Source: Acholeplasmataceae bacterium
GTDB taxonomy: Bacteria; Bacillota_I; Bacilli_A; Acholeplasmatales; Acholeplasmataceae
Direction: 5' to 3'
DNA: 64,000 bases
Assembly: GCA_963667565.1 (NCBI GenBank)
Contig: OY763415.1
Span: 96,001-160,000, forward strand
Numbering within the stretch: the stretch's first letter is position 1; the number at the start of each line of letters is the position of its first letter. Position numbers and translations under genes: made by a program. Of this stretch, positions 10,016 through 20,214 are shown in pieces. The notes under the pieces were generated by a model. The model had not been told where the DNA came from and did not search any database. It was given only the letters and a program-made list of their open reading frames with translations.

Positions 10016-10786
10016 ATGATAGATACACATTGCCATATAAACGCTGATGCTTTTAAAGATGATGAAGATATAGTCATTAAAGAAGCGTTTGAATCAGGTA
10101 TAAAAAAAATGATTGTGATTGGATTTGATGATGAGACCAATCAAAAAGCCATTGAATTAGCAGAAAAATATGATCAGATTTATGCTACTGTTGGTATTCA
10201 TCCAACAGAGGCACACCAAGCAACAACGAAACATTTAGAATCATTATTAAAACATGATAAAGTGGTTGCAGTTGGTGAGTGTGGTACGGATCTTTACTGG
10301 GAAAAAGCATATTTGAAAGAACAACAAAAGATATTAAGAGAACAAGTATTGTTATCCATTAAATATGAATTACCACTTGTGATTCACACCAGAGATTCTT
10401 TTGATGAAGCATTTGATATCATTAAAGACTACAAAGGTCAAGTTAAAGGTGTGTTCCATTGTTTTTCATCACATTTAGAGGATGCAAAACGTGCCATAGA
10501 TTTAGGGTTTTATATTGGTATTGATGGACCGGTGACATTTAAGAATGCTAAAGACATCAAAGATATAGCAAAGCATATACCACTTGATAAAATACTTATA
10601 GAAACGGATAGTCCATATTTAAGCCCGCATCCGTATAGAGGAAAAAGGAACGAGCCTAAATATTTACATTTAATTGCAGAATCTATTGCAGCACTTAGGG
10701 GAATTGATGTGAGTGAAGTTATTGTTCAAACAACTAAGAATGCAGAAACATTATTTAAATTGGGAGAGAAAACGTATGAAAATTAA
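10016..10786 (+). CDS. tatD: TatD family nuclease
   Basis: DTHCH, GIHP, VGECG, IHTR, HCFS, ETDSPY. Confidence 0.95.
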   Translation: MIDTHCHINADAFKDDEDIVIKEAFESGIKKMIVIGFDDETNQKAIELAEKYDQIYATVGIHPTEAHQATTKHLESLLKHDKVVAVGECGTDLYWEKAYLKEQQKILREQVLLSIKYELPLVIHTRDSFDEAFDIIKDYKGQVKGVFHCFSSHLEDAKRAIDLGFYIGIDGPVTFKNAKDIKDIAKHIPLDKILIETDSPYLSPHPYRGKRNEPKYLHLIAESIAALRGIDVSEVIVQTTKNAETLFKLGEKTYEN

Positions 10787-12548
10787 AAAAATAGCAATCG
10801 CTTTGGTTGTATTTCTAGTTTCAATCACACTTGCGAGTTGTAATTGGAATATAAGTGCAGATACTAATTATGAATCACCTAGTGATTATGAATCAACAAG
10901 AATTGAAATGATTCAAAATGTGATTGGTTCTGTCGTTGTTGTTGAAACATCATCAGGATATGGATCAGGTATTATTTTTAATGAGGTTACCGTGAATGAA
11001 GTGACTGGTGTTAAAAAGTATGCCATCTTAACTGCATATTCTGTCGTAGATTTAGTAAACCCTACAGATATGCACGTCGTCCTAGCATCTGGTATGTCAT
11101 ATCCAGTGACAGAAGCACTTGGAGATCAAGACTATGAAGTTGGAGTTGTCTATATTGAAACTTCTCAAAATTTAGATGTTTATCAAATTGAACAACTTAA
11201 TGGATCATCGATGGTAGAACTTAATCAAGGTGAAGATTTATATGCGATTGGAACACCTTATCAATACACAATGTTTAATTATGTGTCACAAGGTATTTTA
11301 GGTTTAACTTCACTTGATCGAAATGATATTACAGGTTTAGTCTTTATGCATAGTGCAGAAACCAATCCAGGTATGGAAGGTGCACCCATATTTAATCTTA
11401 GTGGTCAATTATTAGGTATTCAATTAACGAAATTATACATGACAAGTGAAGCAGCAGATGCTGTACCGACTGAAGGTATTAATTATGCACTTAACATGAA
11501 TGTGATTGCTCCCATACTATTAAACCTTGATACTACACTTCAAACTTCTTATGAAGGTCCTACACTAATGTCTGTAAATAGTGATAGCAATTATAATGAT
11601 ATTGCACAACAAATGATCCAAACTGTCAGCCCATCGGTTGTATCAGTCATTGGATCTGTTGGTTTAGGTTCAGGTATCGTCTTCGATAAAGAAACATTAG
11701 AAGATGGAAGTTTTCGTTACTATATATTAACAAATAATCATGTGGTTAGCGATAATGAAGAAGTTAGAATAAAGTTTAGTGAAACAGAAAGTGAATACGC
11801 AGTTAAAGATTATCAAACAAACGAAAATTATGATATTGCAGTGTTAAGAGTTGATACTGATCAAGAATTACCTGTTTATGATATTCCACCAATTACAAAA
11901 AATGAATATGTGGATATGGTCGTAGGTCAAGATGTATATGCTGTTGGTACACCACTTAGTGTCCTTTATCATAATTATGTCACTCAAGGTGTGATCAGTG
12001 TCCTTGATTATACATATCGTGGTATTTATCAATTAGGTATTGTCCATGATGCAGAAATCAATCCTGGAAATAGTGGTGGACCACTATTTAATTTAAATGG
12101 TGATGTCATTGGAGTTAACGTTGCAAAAGTTGTTAATTTAAGCGATGGCACAAAAACTGTTTATGCAGAAGGCTTGAATTATAGTTTAAATATTAATGTT
12201 GTATCTCAAGCCGTTAGAAATTTTACATCAGATGGATGGACTGAAATGTTAAGAAGTCCCAAACTTGGTGTAACAGTTGTTGATTACAGTAGTAACTATG
12301 ATCTATATCCAATCAGTTATAATGATGGTGTTTTAGTTACAGGTTTTGATTATACAAGAAAAGCATACTTAGGTCTAGAATCATATGATCTTATCGTTGG
12401 AATTGATGGATTAACTGTGCATACAACAGCTGATTTAGTACAAGGCTTAAGTGGCAAAACATTTGGTGATTCAGTGACTTTAAATATTGTGAGATATGAT
12501 GAATTAGGACATATCTTAACCATGACTGTTGAGGTCGTTTTATCATGA
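10776..12548 (+). CDS. HtrA/S1C-like serine protease lipoprotein with two trypsin-like domains and a C-terminal PDZ-like domain
   Basis: Start ATG 10776, lipobox LAS-C. Domain 2 has TNNHV, DIAV and NPGNSGGP. Domain 1 has TAYSV and NPGMEGAP. Confidence 0.85.
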   Translation: MKIKKIAIALVVFLVSITLASCNWNISADTNYESPSDYESTRIEMIQNVIGSVVVVETSSGYGSGIIFNEVTVNEVTGVKKYAILTAYSVVDLVNPTDMHVVLASGMSYPVTEALGDQDYEVGVVYIETSQNLDVYQIEQLNGSSMVELNQGEDLYAIGTPYQYTMFNYVSQGILGLTSLDRNDITGLVFMHSAETNPGMEGAPIFNLSGQLLGIQLTKLYMTSEAADAVPTEGINYALNMNVIAPILLNLDTTLQTSYEGPTLMSVNSDSNYNDIAQQMIQTVSPSVVSVIGSVGLGSGIVFDKETLEDGSFRYYILTNNHVVSDNEEVRIKFSETESEYAVKDYQTNENYDIAVLRVDTDQELPVYDIPPITKNEYVDMVVGQDVYAVGTPLSVLYHNYVTQGVISVLDYTYRGIYQLGIVHDAEINPGNSGGPLFNLNGDVIGVNVAKVVNLSDGTKTVYAEGLNYSLNINVVSQAVRNFTSDGWTEMLRSPKLGVTVVDYSSNYDLYPISYNDGVLVTGFDYTRKAYLGLESYDLIVGIDGLTVHTTADLVQGLSGKTFGDSVTLNIVRYDELGHILTMTVEVVLS

Positions 12549-13012
12549 TTGATCATGTGATTGAGTTATTAAAAGATAATGGCTTAACAATCGCATTTGC
12601 AGAGAGTATGACTGGTGGATTATTATCATCAAAAATGACTGAAATCGCCGGTGTTTCTAAAGTTTATAAAGGTGCAGTTGTAGCCTATACAAACGAGATA
12701 AAAAATAGCATACTATATATTGATCATAAAGACATTGAAACCTATGGTGTTGTCTCATCTGAAATCGCAATCAACATGGCGAAGTCTGTTATAAAGTTAT
12801 TTAATACTGATGTTGCAGTAGGGATTACAGGAGATGCTGGACCCACACTACAAAAAGATAGCACCAAAAAAATGGTTTATGTTGCGATATGTACTAAAGA
12901 CAGATGTGAAACTTTCCATCTCTCTTTTGACAAAGAATCAAGAGTTGAAGCACAACAACTAACCGTGCAAAAGACCATTGAAAAATTAGAACTTTTCATA
13001 TCAAATATTTAG
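12545..13012 (+). CDS. cinA: CinA/PncC family NMN deamidase (C-terminal domain only)
   Basis: AESMTGG, GVVS and GITGDAGP motifs. Confidence 0.9.
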   Translation: MIDHVIELLKDNGLTIAFAESMTGGLLSSKMTEIAGVSKVYKGAVVAYTNEIKNSILYIDHKDIETYGVVSSEIAINMAKSVIKLFNTDVAVGITGDAGPTLQKDSTKKMVYVAICTKDRCETFHLSFDKESRVEAQQLTVQKTIEKLELFISNI

Positions 13013-13021
13013 GACATTTTG

Positions 13022-13050
13022 TTGTAAAAGCACATTATATATGATATAAT
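13022..13050 (+). promoter_or_regulatory. rpsF operon promoter
   Basis: TTGTAA-17 nt-TATAAT with the TG extension. Confidence 0.75.
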
Positions 13051-13068
13051 GACTTGGCGTAAAGATAT

Positions 13069-13112
13069 ATCCTTGTCTTATCGTAGGTAAGACCAAAGAC
13101 CAAAAGGAGGTG
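13069..13112 (+). ncRNA. S6:S18 ribosomal protein leader (autoregulatory RNA)
   Basis: TCCTT can pair with the RBS AAGGA. An inner GTCTTA/TAAGAC hairpin is followed by CCA. Same layout as the known Firmicute rpsF leader. Confidence 0.7.
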
Positions 13113-13117
13113 GAAAG

Positions 13118-13405
13118 ATGAAAAAGTACGAAGTTATGTATATCATCCGTCCAACTGTTGAAAGTGAGAGCATTAAAGGTATTGTTAATAATTTTACAGA
13201 AATATTTGCAAATTATAACAGTCAAGTTCTCGAACTCAAAGAGTTAGGACTTAAAGATTTAGCATACGAAATTCAACATTTCAACAAAGGTTACTATGTA
13301 TGGTTACTTGTTGACGCTACACCAGAAGCGATTGCTGAATTTAATCGTGTTGTACGAATTACTGAAGAAGTTCTTCGTTACATTGTTGTAAAGGAAGGCG
13401 AATAA
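13118..13405 (+). CDS. rpsF: 30S ribosomal protein S6
   Basis: [10 protein letters not shown] and LAYEI; rpsF-ssb-rpsR synteny. Confidence 0.98.
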   Translation: MKKYEVMYIIRPTVESESIKGIVNNFTEIFANYNSQVLELKELGLKDLAYEIQHFNKGYYVWLLVDATPEAIAEFNRVVRITEEVLRYIVVKEGE

Positions 13406-13406
13406 T

Positions 13407-13841
13407 ATGATTAATCGTGTTATCCTAGTTGGACGCATCACAAAAGATCCAGAACTTAAAGTGACTCAGTCAAACATTTCGTTTGTAAATTTTACGCTGG
13501 CTGTTAATCGTCAATTTACGGATCAATCAGGTGATCGCCAAGCAGATTTTATACAATGTATCGTATGGCGTAAACAAGCAGATAATTTAGCGCAATACAT
13601 TAAAAAAGGCGCATTATTAGGTGTTGAAGGTAGAATCCAAACACGCACCTATGAAGCTGAAACAGGCACAAGATACATTACCGAAGTTGTTTGTGACACT
13701 GTCCAATTTTTAGAAAATAAAACAGACAACAATAGTGGTTATTCAGGATATAATGAACAACCTAGTGTTTCAAACGACGATAGCGATGAGTTTTATGAAA
13801 CAAGTAAACAACTCGCTGCTGAAGAAGATTTACCATTCTAA
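13407..13841 (+). CDS. ssb: Single-stranded DNA-binding protein
   Basis: INRVILVGR start and acidic EDLPF tail. Confidence 0.98.
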   Translation: MINRVILVGRITKDPELKVTQSNISFVNFTLAVNRQFTDQSGDRQADFIQCIVWRKQADNLAQYIKKGALLGVEGRIQTRTYEAETGTRYITEVVCDTVQFLENKTDNNSGYSGYNEQPSVSNDDSDEFYETSKQLAAEEDLPF

Positions 13842-13855
13842 GGAGGAAACCAAGT

Positions 13856-14092
13856 ATGAACAATAACAGACGTGGTGGCTTTAAGAGACGTAAAAAAGTA
13901 TGTTACTTCACTCAAAACAAAGTTGAACATATCGATTTCAAAGATGTTGAATTATTAAAAAGATTTATCACAGATCGCGGTAAAATTTTACCAAGACGTG
14001 TGACAGGAACATCAGCTAAATGGCAACGCCCATTAGCAATTGCAATCAAACGTGCTCGTCACATGGCATTACTACCATTCGTTAAAGAGTAA
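13856..14092 (+). CDS. rpsR: 30S ribosomal protein S18
   Basis: [22 protein letters not shown]. Confidence 0.98.
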   Translation: MNNNRRGGFKRRKKVCYFTQNKVEHIDFKDVELLKRFITDRGKILPRRVTGTSAKWQRPLAIAIKRARHMALLPFVKE

Positions 14093-14095
14093 TTT

Positions 14096-14120
14096 AAAAA
14101 CTGCATTTGATGCAGTTTTT
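14096..14120 (+). terminator. Intrinsic terminator
   Basis: AAAAACTGCA-TTTGA-TGCAGTTTTT. Confidence 0.85.
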
Positions 14121-14146
14121 CTTTTATATAGATGTATGATAATCAA

Positions 14147-14175
14147 TTGAAAAACATTCATATTATTGATATAAT
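14147..14175 (+). promoter_or_regulatory. Promoter of gdpP-rplI-dnaB
   Basis: TTGAAA-17 nt-TATAAT with the TG extension; this places the start codon at 14197 rather than 14176. Confidence 0.75.
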
Positions 14176-14196
14176 ATGATAGAAGTAGGTGACCAT

Positions 14197-16629
14197 ATGA
14201 AAAGATGGATATTTATCGTCGTTGCAGTCTTGTTAGCAGCAATCGGCATTTATTTATATTTACCACATTTTGTTTTAGATAATCCAACTGAATTATACGC
14301 GATGATTACACTCGCTTTGGCGATTGTTTTTCTCTTTGTTCAAATATCAATTTGGATCAATCAAAAAGCCCATCAAAAGATTTCAACACTTCAAAACAGA
14401 TTAACTATGTGGTCAAAACTTTCATATCATATATCTCAAGCAGGCGATGAAATATTTAATGAACTTCCTATTGGGATGCTTGCTGTTGATGAAAAGATGG
14501 AAATTAAATGGTCTAATCCCCATGCACAATCCATTTTTGGTCATAAAATTAATACGAAAAATTTAAGTGATATTCATGAAAAAATGTTTGATCTTGCGAC
14601 GCAAGGTAAAACTGAATTTTTAATTGAACATGAAGACAAATATTATGATGTTACTTTTAGACCTGACTATCGTTTCTTCTATTTATTTGAAGCAACGTTA
14701 AGAGAAAATGTCTTAAAACAATATCAAGATCAAATACCAGCACTTGGATTGGTTTTTCTTGATAATTTAGATGAAGCGATTGCAGTCTTAGATGTTTCAT
14801 TGCAATCAGCTATTAAAGGTGACTATTTAGCAGCAATCAATGACTGGGCAGGTCAATATGATTGTTATGTTAAACCATTTGCTGATGAAAAAATATTATT
14901 ATTAACGGATAGAAAAAACTTAAATTTAATGATTGAAAATAAATTTGATTTACTCGATAAAGTAAGAAAAATATCTGCTGATCAAAAGGTAAGAGTCTCA
15001 ATTTCAATGGGGATTGCTTCGTGGGATATTGCATATGAAGAAATTGGTGTTTATGCACAAAATGCAGTTGAACTTGCTGAAAAGCGTGGCGGGGATCAAG
15101 TTGTTGTCAATATCCAAGACCAAAAGATTGCATATTTTGGAGCTAAAAGTGATGCATCTATTAAAAACTCTAGAGTTGGTGTAAGAATTAATGCACAAAC
15201 AGTTAAAGACTTTATTGAAAAATCTTCAGAAGTTTTTGTGATGGCTCATCATTTAGCAGATATGGATGCTTTTGGTGCGATGCTTGCTTGTTATCATATG
15301 GCAAAAGCATCAAGAAAAAAAGTGAAACTAGTCGTAGATATTGAAAAACTAGATCAAACTGTTCAAAAAGTATTAGATCTTGTTAAAGATCAAATCCCAG
15401 AAGTTGTCTCTAGTATGGTCGTAAGTAGTGATGCTTTAGAAGATATTAAAGAACAAAGTTTATTAATTGTTGTTGATTCACAATCTCCACGAATTGTCAT
15501 GGTTCCGGAATTGTTAGAAAAAACCGAAAATGTGATTGTTATTGATCACCATAGAGCTGGTGAAGAAAGATTTAATGCGATTTTCTCAATCATTGAACCT
15601 TCTGCAAGCTCTTCAATAGAACTCATGATTGAACTTCTTGATTTTTATAGTATGGATGAAGAAACAAAAATCACACCAATTGAAGCATCAATTATGTATG
15701 GTGGTTTAATTGTTGATACATCTAATTTTGTTTATAGAACATCTTCAAGAACATTTGAAGTTGCCTCTAAATTAAAAGATTTAGGTGCAGACTCAACACT
15801 TGTTAAGACTTGGTTAAGAAGAGATATGATTCGCATTATGGAAATCAATAAATTACTTGATCAAATGGAAGTTGTTTTAAGCAGATTTGCATTTATGGTG
15901 ACACCAGATATTTATGAAGATCGTGTATTACTTGCACAAGTTTCAGATGCAGCACTAGAAATCAATGGCATTGATGCAGCATTTACCATTGCCAGAATGG
16001 ATGAAAATACAGTTGCAGTTTCTGCAAGAAGCATCCATGATGTCAATGTTCAATTATTAATGGAAATGATTGGTGGCGGTGGACACTTTGGAAGTGCAGC
16101 TGCACAAATCAAGGAAACTTCAATTCAAGAAGTTTATGAAAATTTAAAGATGTATGTAGAATTAGAGTATGGTGGAGGCGAAAAAATGAAAGTTATTTTA
16201 ACAACTGATGTTAAAGGCAAAGGAAAGAAAGACGATATTTTAGAAGTCGCAAATGGATATGGTCAATTCTTAATTACACAAAAGAAAGCTTTAGTCGCTA
16301 ATGATGATAATTTAGCAGATTTAGAAGCTGAACAACAAAAACAAAAAGAAGCTGAACAACGTCACTTAGATTTAATGAAAAAATTAAAATCTGAGATTGA
16401 TGGTAAACAAGTTGTATTAGAAATACAAATTGGTAAAGATGGAAAACAATTTGGAAGTATAACAACCAAACAAATTGCTGAAGCATTTCAAGCAACGCAT
16501 GGTATACTTATAGATAAGAAAAAACTTGAATTACAAAGTGAAATTAATTCTATTGGTATCTATACTGCATTTGTTTCACTTCATAAAGATATAAAGGCAC
16601 AATTCGAAGTTAAAGTTATAGAAAAGTAG
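14197..16629 (+). CDS. gdpP-rplI: GdpP-type c-di-AMP phosphodiesterase (2TM-PAS-degenerate GGDEF-DHH/DHHA1) fused in frame to ribosomal protein bL9
   Basis: ADMDAFG, IDHH and GGGH motifs, then MKVILTTDVKGKGKK...VANGYG...FGSIT from 16186 with no intervening stop. Confidence 0.93.
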   Translation: MKRWIFIVVAVLLAAIGIYLYLPHFVLDNPTELYAMITLALAIVFLFVQISIWINQKAHQKISTLQNRLTMWSKLSYHISQAGDEIFNELPIGMLAVDEKMEIKWSNPHAQSIFGHKINTKNLSDIHEKMFDLATQGKTEFLIEHEDKYYDVTFRPDYRFFYLFEATLRENVLKQYQDQIPALGLVFLDNLDEAIAVLDVSLQSAIKGDYLAAINDWAGQYDCYVKPFADEKILLLTDRKNLNLMIENKFDLLDKVRKISADQKVRVSISMGIASWDIAYEEIGVYAQNAVELAEKRGGDQVVVNIQDQKIAYFGAKSDASIKNSRVGVRINAQTVKDFIEKSSEVFVMAHHLADMDAFGAMLACYHMAKASRKKVKLVVDIEKLDQTVQKVLDLVKDQIPEVVSSMVVSSDALEDIKEQSLLIVVDSQSPRIVMVPELLEKTENVIVIDHHRAGEERFNAIFSIIEPSASSSIELMIELLDFYSMDEETKITPIEASIMYGGLIVDTSNFVYRTSSRTFEVASKLKDLGADSTLVKTWLRRDMIRIMEINKLLDQMEVVLSRFAFMVTPDIYEDRVLLAQVSDAALEINGIDAAFTIARMDENTVAVSARSIHDVNVQLLMEMIGGGGHFGSAAAQIKETSIQEVYENLKMYVELEYGGGEKMKVILTTDVKGKGKKDDILEVANGYGQFLITQKKALVANDDNLADLEAEQQKQKEAEQRHLDLMKKLKSEIDGKQVVLEIQIGKDGKQFGSITTKQIAEAFQATHGILIDKKKLELQSEINSIGIYTAFVSLHKDIKAQFEVKVIEK

Positions 16630-16638
16630 GTATGTGAT

Positions 16639-18000
16639 ATGGCTAAAGTGTTACCTTATCATCAAGAAGCTGAACAATCGGTTTTAGGATCCATATTTTT
16701 AAATCCAAAAGAGATTGTTACAGTCATTGATCAATTAACTGAAGATGATTTCTTTGAGCAAGGTCACGTCCTTATTTATAAAGCGATGAGAGATTTATTC
16801 GATGAAAATCTAAATATTGACTACGCCAGTGTTGCAGCAAGACTTGAACAAACACAAAGTTTGGAAAAGGCTGGTGGACGTAAATATTTATTATTACTTG
16901 CAGAAATGGTACCCTCTATTGATCACCTAGAAACATATATTGATTTGGTGAAAGACGGCTCATTAAAGCGACAAGTGATTAAACTTGCAAGTGATATTGT
17001 TGAAGATGGATTCAAAAAAGATGAAATGGCATTTGAATATATCACAAGAGCTGAAGAAGAAATATTCGCATTAGCTCAAAAGAGAAAAACAAGTGCATTT
17101 TCTAAAATTGATCATGTGATTCAATTAGTCAAAGAAAAAACTGAACTTAATAGAAATAAAAAAGGTGGTATTACTGGTTTAAGTACTGGTTTTGCTGAAT
17201 TCGATAAATTATCAGCTGGATTACAGAATGAAGAACTCATTATTTTAGCAGCTAGACCTTCAATGGGTAAATCTGCTTTTGCGATGAATTTAGCGATTAA
17301 TATTGCTAAAAAGAATCATGAAGGAAAAGCTGGCGTTGCTATTTTCTCATTAGAAATGAGTAACGATCAATTAGCTGCAAGAATGTTAAGTGCTGAGTCT
17401 AATGTTGAAAACTCTAAAATTAAGAGTGGGCATTTAACTGCTCCTGAATGGCAACATATGGAAGGTGGTATTCAAACATTATCACTTCTTCAAATATTCT
17501 TTGATGATTCAGCAGCAGTGACAGTTGCAGATATTAGAGCGAAATGTCGTAAATTAAAACAAGAAGGTAAATTAGATTTTGTTGTCATTGACTACCTACA
17601 GTTAATTAAAGGTGATACTAGAAGCGGAAATCGTCAAGAAGAAGTTGCTAAAATTTCTAGAAGTTTAAAAGAAATGGCAAGAGAATTAAAAATTCCTGTA
17701 TTAGCATTATCACAATTATCTCGTGATGTTGAAAAGCGTGAAGATAAGCGACCTGTATTAGCAGATTTACGTGAATCAGGTAGTATTGAACAAGATGCCG
17801 ATATTGTCATGTTCTTATATAGAAATGATTATTATACAAGAGATGTCGAAAAGAAGACAGGTGATGTAGAATTGATCATTGCTAAAAACAGACAAGGTGC
17901 AGCTGGTATTATGTTACCATTTAGATTTGATACTGAATTCTCAAGATTCCTATCGAAAGAAGAAAGAGAAGATTCATCATACGAAGCGTATAGAGATTAA
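16639..18000 (+). CDS. dnaB: Replicative DNA helicase
   Basis: AARPSMGKS, IDYLQL, LSQLSR, DLRESGSIEQDAD. Confidence 0.98.
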   Translation: MAKVLPYHQEAEQSVLGSIFLNPKEIVTVIDQLTEDDFFEQGHVLIYKAMRDLFDENLNIDYASVAARLEQTQSLEKAGGRKYLLLLAEMVPSIDHLETYIDLVKDGSLKRQVIKLASDIVEDGFKKDEMAFEYITRAEEEIFALAQKRKTSAFSKIDHVIQLVKEKTELNRNKKGGITGLSTGFAEFDKLSAGLQNEELIILAARPSMGKSAFAMNLAINIAKKNHEGKAGVAIFSLEMSNDQLAARMLSAESNVENSKIKSGHLTAPEWQHMEGGIQTLSLLQIFFDDSAAVTVADIRAKCRKLKQEGKLDFVVIDYLQLIKGDTRSGNRQEEVAKISRSLKEMARELKIPVLALSQLSRDVEKREDKRPVLADLRESGSIEQDADIVMFLYRNDYYTRDVEKKTGDVELIIAKNRQGAAGIMLPFRFDTEFSRFLSKEEREDSSYEAYRD

Positions 18001-18004
18001 ATAT

Positions 18005-18033
18005 AAAATCCACTCATTGAGTGGATTTTTTTT
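18005..18033. terminator. Bidirectional terminator
   Basis: AAAATCCACTCA-T-TGAGTGGATTTT between convergent genes. Confidence 0.8.
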
Positions 18034-19489
18034 AATTTAAAGTAAGTGATTTAAATGTATTTCCAACGATAACTTTTAACACATCAATTGCACTATAAAG
18101 TTTTTCGCCAGGCTTTAAGAAATCGAGAAGATAGAGAAGATCATCACCAGCTGTAATGATAGGTGGTTCACTTGTACCATCACTTTTTTGTTGGCCAAAA
18201 CCAATGGTTGACATAAGACCATTGCACAAACATTTTCTGCCAACAGTATCTTTAATATCTCCACCTTTTTTTACATAAGCTTCAACAGGTTCAGAGGGAC
18301 AACGATATCCAATATCACCATTATCTTTTCGATAGGCTTCTCTTAAATATCCAATATCACAAATGCGTTTTCTTTCTTGATATGTTTTTTCATCACCTGT
18401 CGTATCTTTAAGATTAACGACTTTAAATGGAAAACCAGTAGGAGAAGCAAGTAAGTCTGTTTTAACTTTGGCAATACCTTTTTTTAAGGCATCTATAATA
18501 CGTTCTTTAAGTGATCTTGACATACCAGATTCCCTACTTAACGCGAAAGCAGTGCCAACTTGTATACCTACTGCGCCTGCTGCTTTAGCATCGAGATAGG
18601 CTTGATGGTGACCATAGCCACCTGCAAGCCAGAAGGGAAGGCCAATTTTTTTTAGAACTTCTAAATCAACAACATCTTTATCTGTATAAATGGGTTCTCC
18701 ATCATCAGATAAAGATAATTGACCTCGTGGTGGTGCATTATGTCCACCAGCAATCGGTTTTTCAATAATAAATCCATCAGGTGTACCAGATGTACTTCTT
18801 GATAAGTGTAATGCGAGGGTTGTTGAAGAGATGATCGCTAAAAATTTAGGTCTTTTAACTTCAACTAATCTTTCACCCTTGGCAAATGTGAGGGGATCAA
18901 AGAAAATTGACGTTGATTCACCTTCTAATTCGCCTGATACTTTGATTGGAAGCGAAGCTTTCAAACCTTTGGAAAATTGATCGAGTACTAATGGAATATG
19001 CTTAGGAATACCTGCACCCATAATGACATAATCCACACCAGCGAGCATCGCTCCGTAAAGTGAGGCTAATGTTGGTAATTGAATTTTTTCTAATAGATTA
19101 ATTCCTATGAGTCCTTGGTGCCCTTTTTTTGCTAAATAAACTTCTACGAAATTAGCAACAACCATCAGCTCAGTTAAATCATCAGATTGATTTACTGATG
19201 GCATTTCTATTTGTTTAAATCTATTTTTTAATCCTTCTAAATGACTGCTTGGTTGATATTTTTCTAAGATGCGATTTGCCATCTTTGGATATGGAAATGC
19301 ACGGAGTGCATCCTCATATGTTCTTCGTCCTTTTAGTACTTGTAAACGTCTTGCTAGAGTGGTTGCAACTGCTGTTCCTGAAACAACACCTAAATAACCA
19401 TGCATTGATACTGTTCTTGCAAGTTTAACACTTGAAACTCCAATGCCCATACCACCTTGAATAATTTCAGGTAATTTCTGTGTTTCCAT
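18032..19489 (-). CDS. Nitronate monooxygenase/FabK-FabX-like FMN oxidoreductase
   Basis: IIQGGMG, AGGH, LAGG and QVGT motifs plus a C-terminal Cys cluster. Confidence 0.85.
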   Translation of the reverse strand: METQKLPEIIQGGMGIGVSSVKLARTVSMHGYLGVVSGTAVATTLARRLQVLKGRRTYEDALRAFPYPKMANRILEKYQPSSHLEGLKNRFKQIEMPSVNQSDDLTELMVVANFVEVYLAKKGHQGLIGINLLEKIQLPTLASLYGAMLAGVDYVIMGAGIPKHIPLVLDQFSKGLKASLPIKVSGELEGESTSIFFDPLTFAKGERLVEVKRPKFLAIISSTTLALHLSRSTSGTPDGFIIEKPIAGGHNAPPRGQLSLSDDGEPIYTDKDVVDLEVLKKIGLPFWLAGGYGHHQAYLDAKAAGAVGIQVGTAFALSRESGMSRSLKERIIDALKKGIAKVKTDLLASPTGFPFKVVNLKDTTGDEKTYQERKRICDIGYLREAYRKDNGDIGYRCPSEPVEAYVKKGGDIKDTVGRKCLCNGLMSTIGFGQQKSDGTSEPPIITAGDDLLYLLDFLKPGEKLYSAIDVLKVIVGNTFKSLTLN

Positions 19490-19611
19490 GAATTTCTCCT
19501 TTAATAGATAAAATATAAATTAGTTTGATATTCAAATTAAAAAGAACATATACATATCATATCACAAGAAAAACGAATTGCAACCGTGAAACACATTTTT
19601 ACACAATCAAA

Positions 19612-19643
19612 ATAAAAACTCAGTTTATGAAAACTGAGTCTTT
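19612..19643 (-). terminator. Terminator after dps
   Basis: ACTCAGTTT / AAACTGAGT stem with a T run on the minus strand. Confidence 0.7.
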
Positions 19644-19668
19644 ACTATATCAATTGATATTAAATTAT

Positions 19669-20106
19669 TTAAGCAATTGTAGCTGATAACATCCAAATGT
19701 GTTTATCAAATGAAGAGATAGAACCGATTAACAAATCAGCAGTTGCTTCATCACCTAAATCTTGAGCAACTTTTAATGCTTCTAAGAATTCAGCACGAAG
19801 TACTTTAAAATCACCTAATATATGCTTTACCATCGTTTTAGCATCTTCCTTGCCACTACCTTCTTGTAGTGTTGAAAGTTCTAGGTATTGTTTTAGATTA
19901 GAAACTGGTTCCCCACCAATCATTAACAATCTTTCCGCTACAGCATCATAAAGTTCATTGATTTCATCGTAGAGTTCTTCAAATTTAGCATGTAATGCAT
20001 AAAAATTAGGACCACTCACATACCAATGAAAATGATGTAGTTTTGTAAATAACACACTTAAATTAGCAACTTGCTTATTTAATTCTTGATATAATTTATT
20101 CATCAT
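19669..20106 (-). CDS. dps: Dps family DNA-protecting ferritin
   Basis: HHFHWYVSGPNFYALH, DAVAER, DKHIWML. Confidence 0.97.
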   Translation of the reverse strand: MMNKLYQELNKQVANLSVLFTKLHHFHWYVSGPNFYALHAKFEELYDEINELYDAVAERLLMIGGEPVSNLKQYLELSTLQEGSGKEDAKTMVKHILGDFKVLRAEFLEALKVAQDLGDEATADLLIGSISSFDKHIWMLSATIA

Positions 20107-20214
20107 ATCCCACCTTTCTTTTCTACCTTCAGTATACCACTTTTTAAAAAATAATCCATAGCTATGCTATGGAAAATTATATTAAATTATGGTATGATAT
20201 AGCAGGTGATATAT

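Noticed and set aside
14176..14196. Upstream start codons in the ORF track (14176, also 10713, 32789, 36864, 42992, 50260)
   Set aside because: They overlap promoters or upstream genes; downstream ATGs have better RBS and give proper N-termini.
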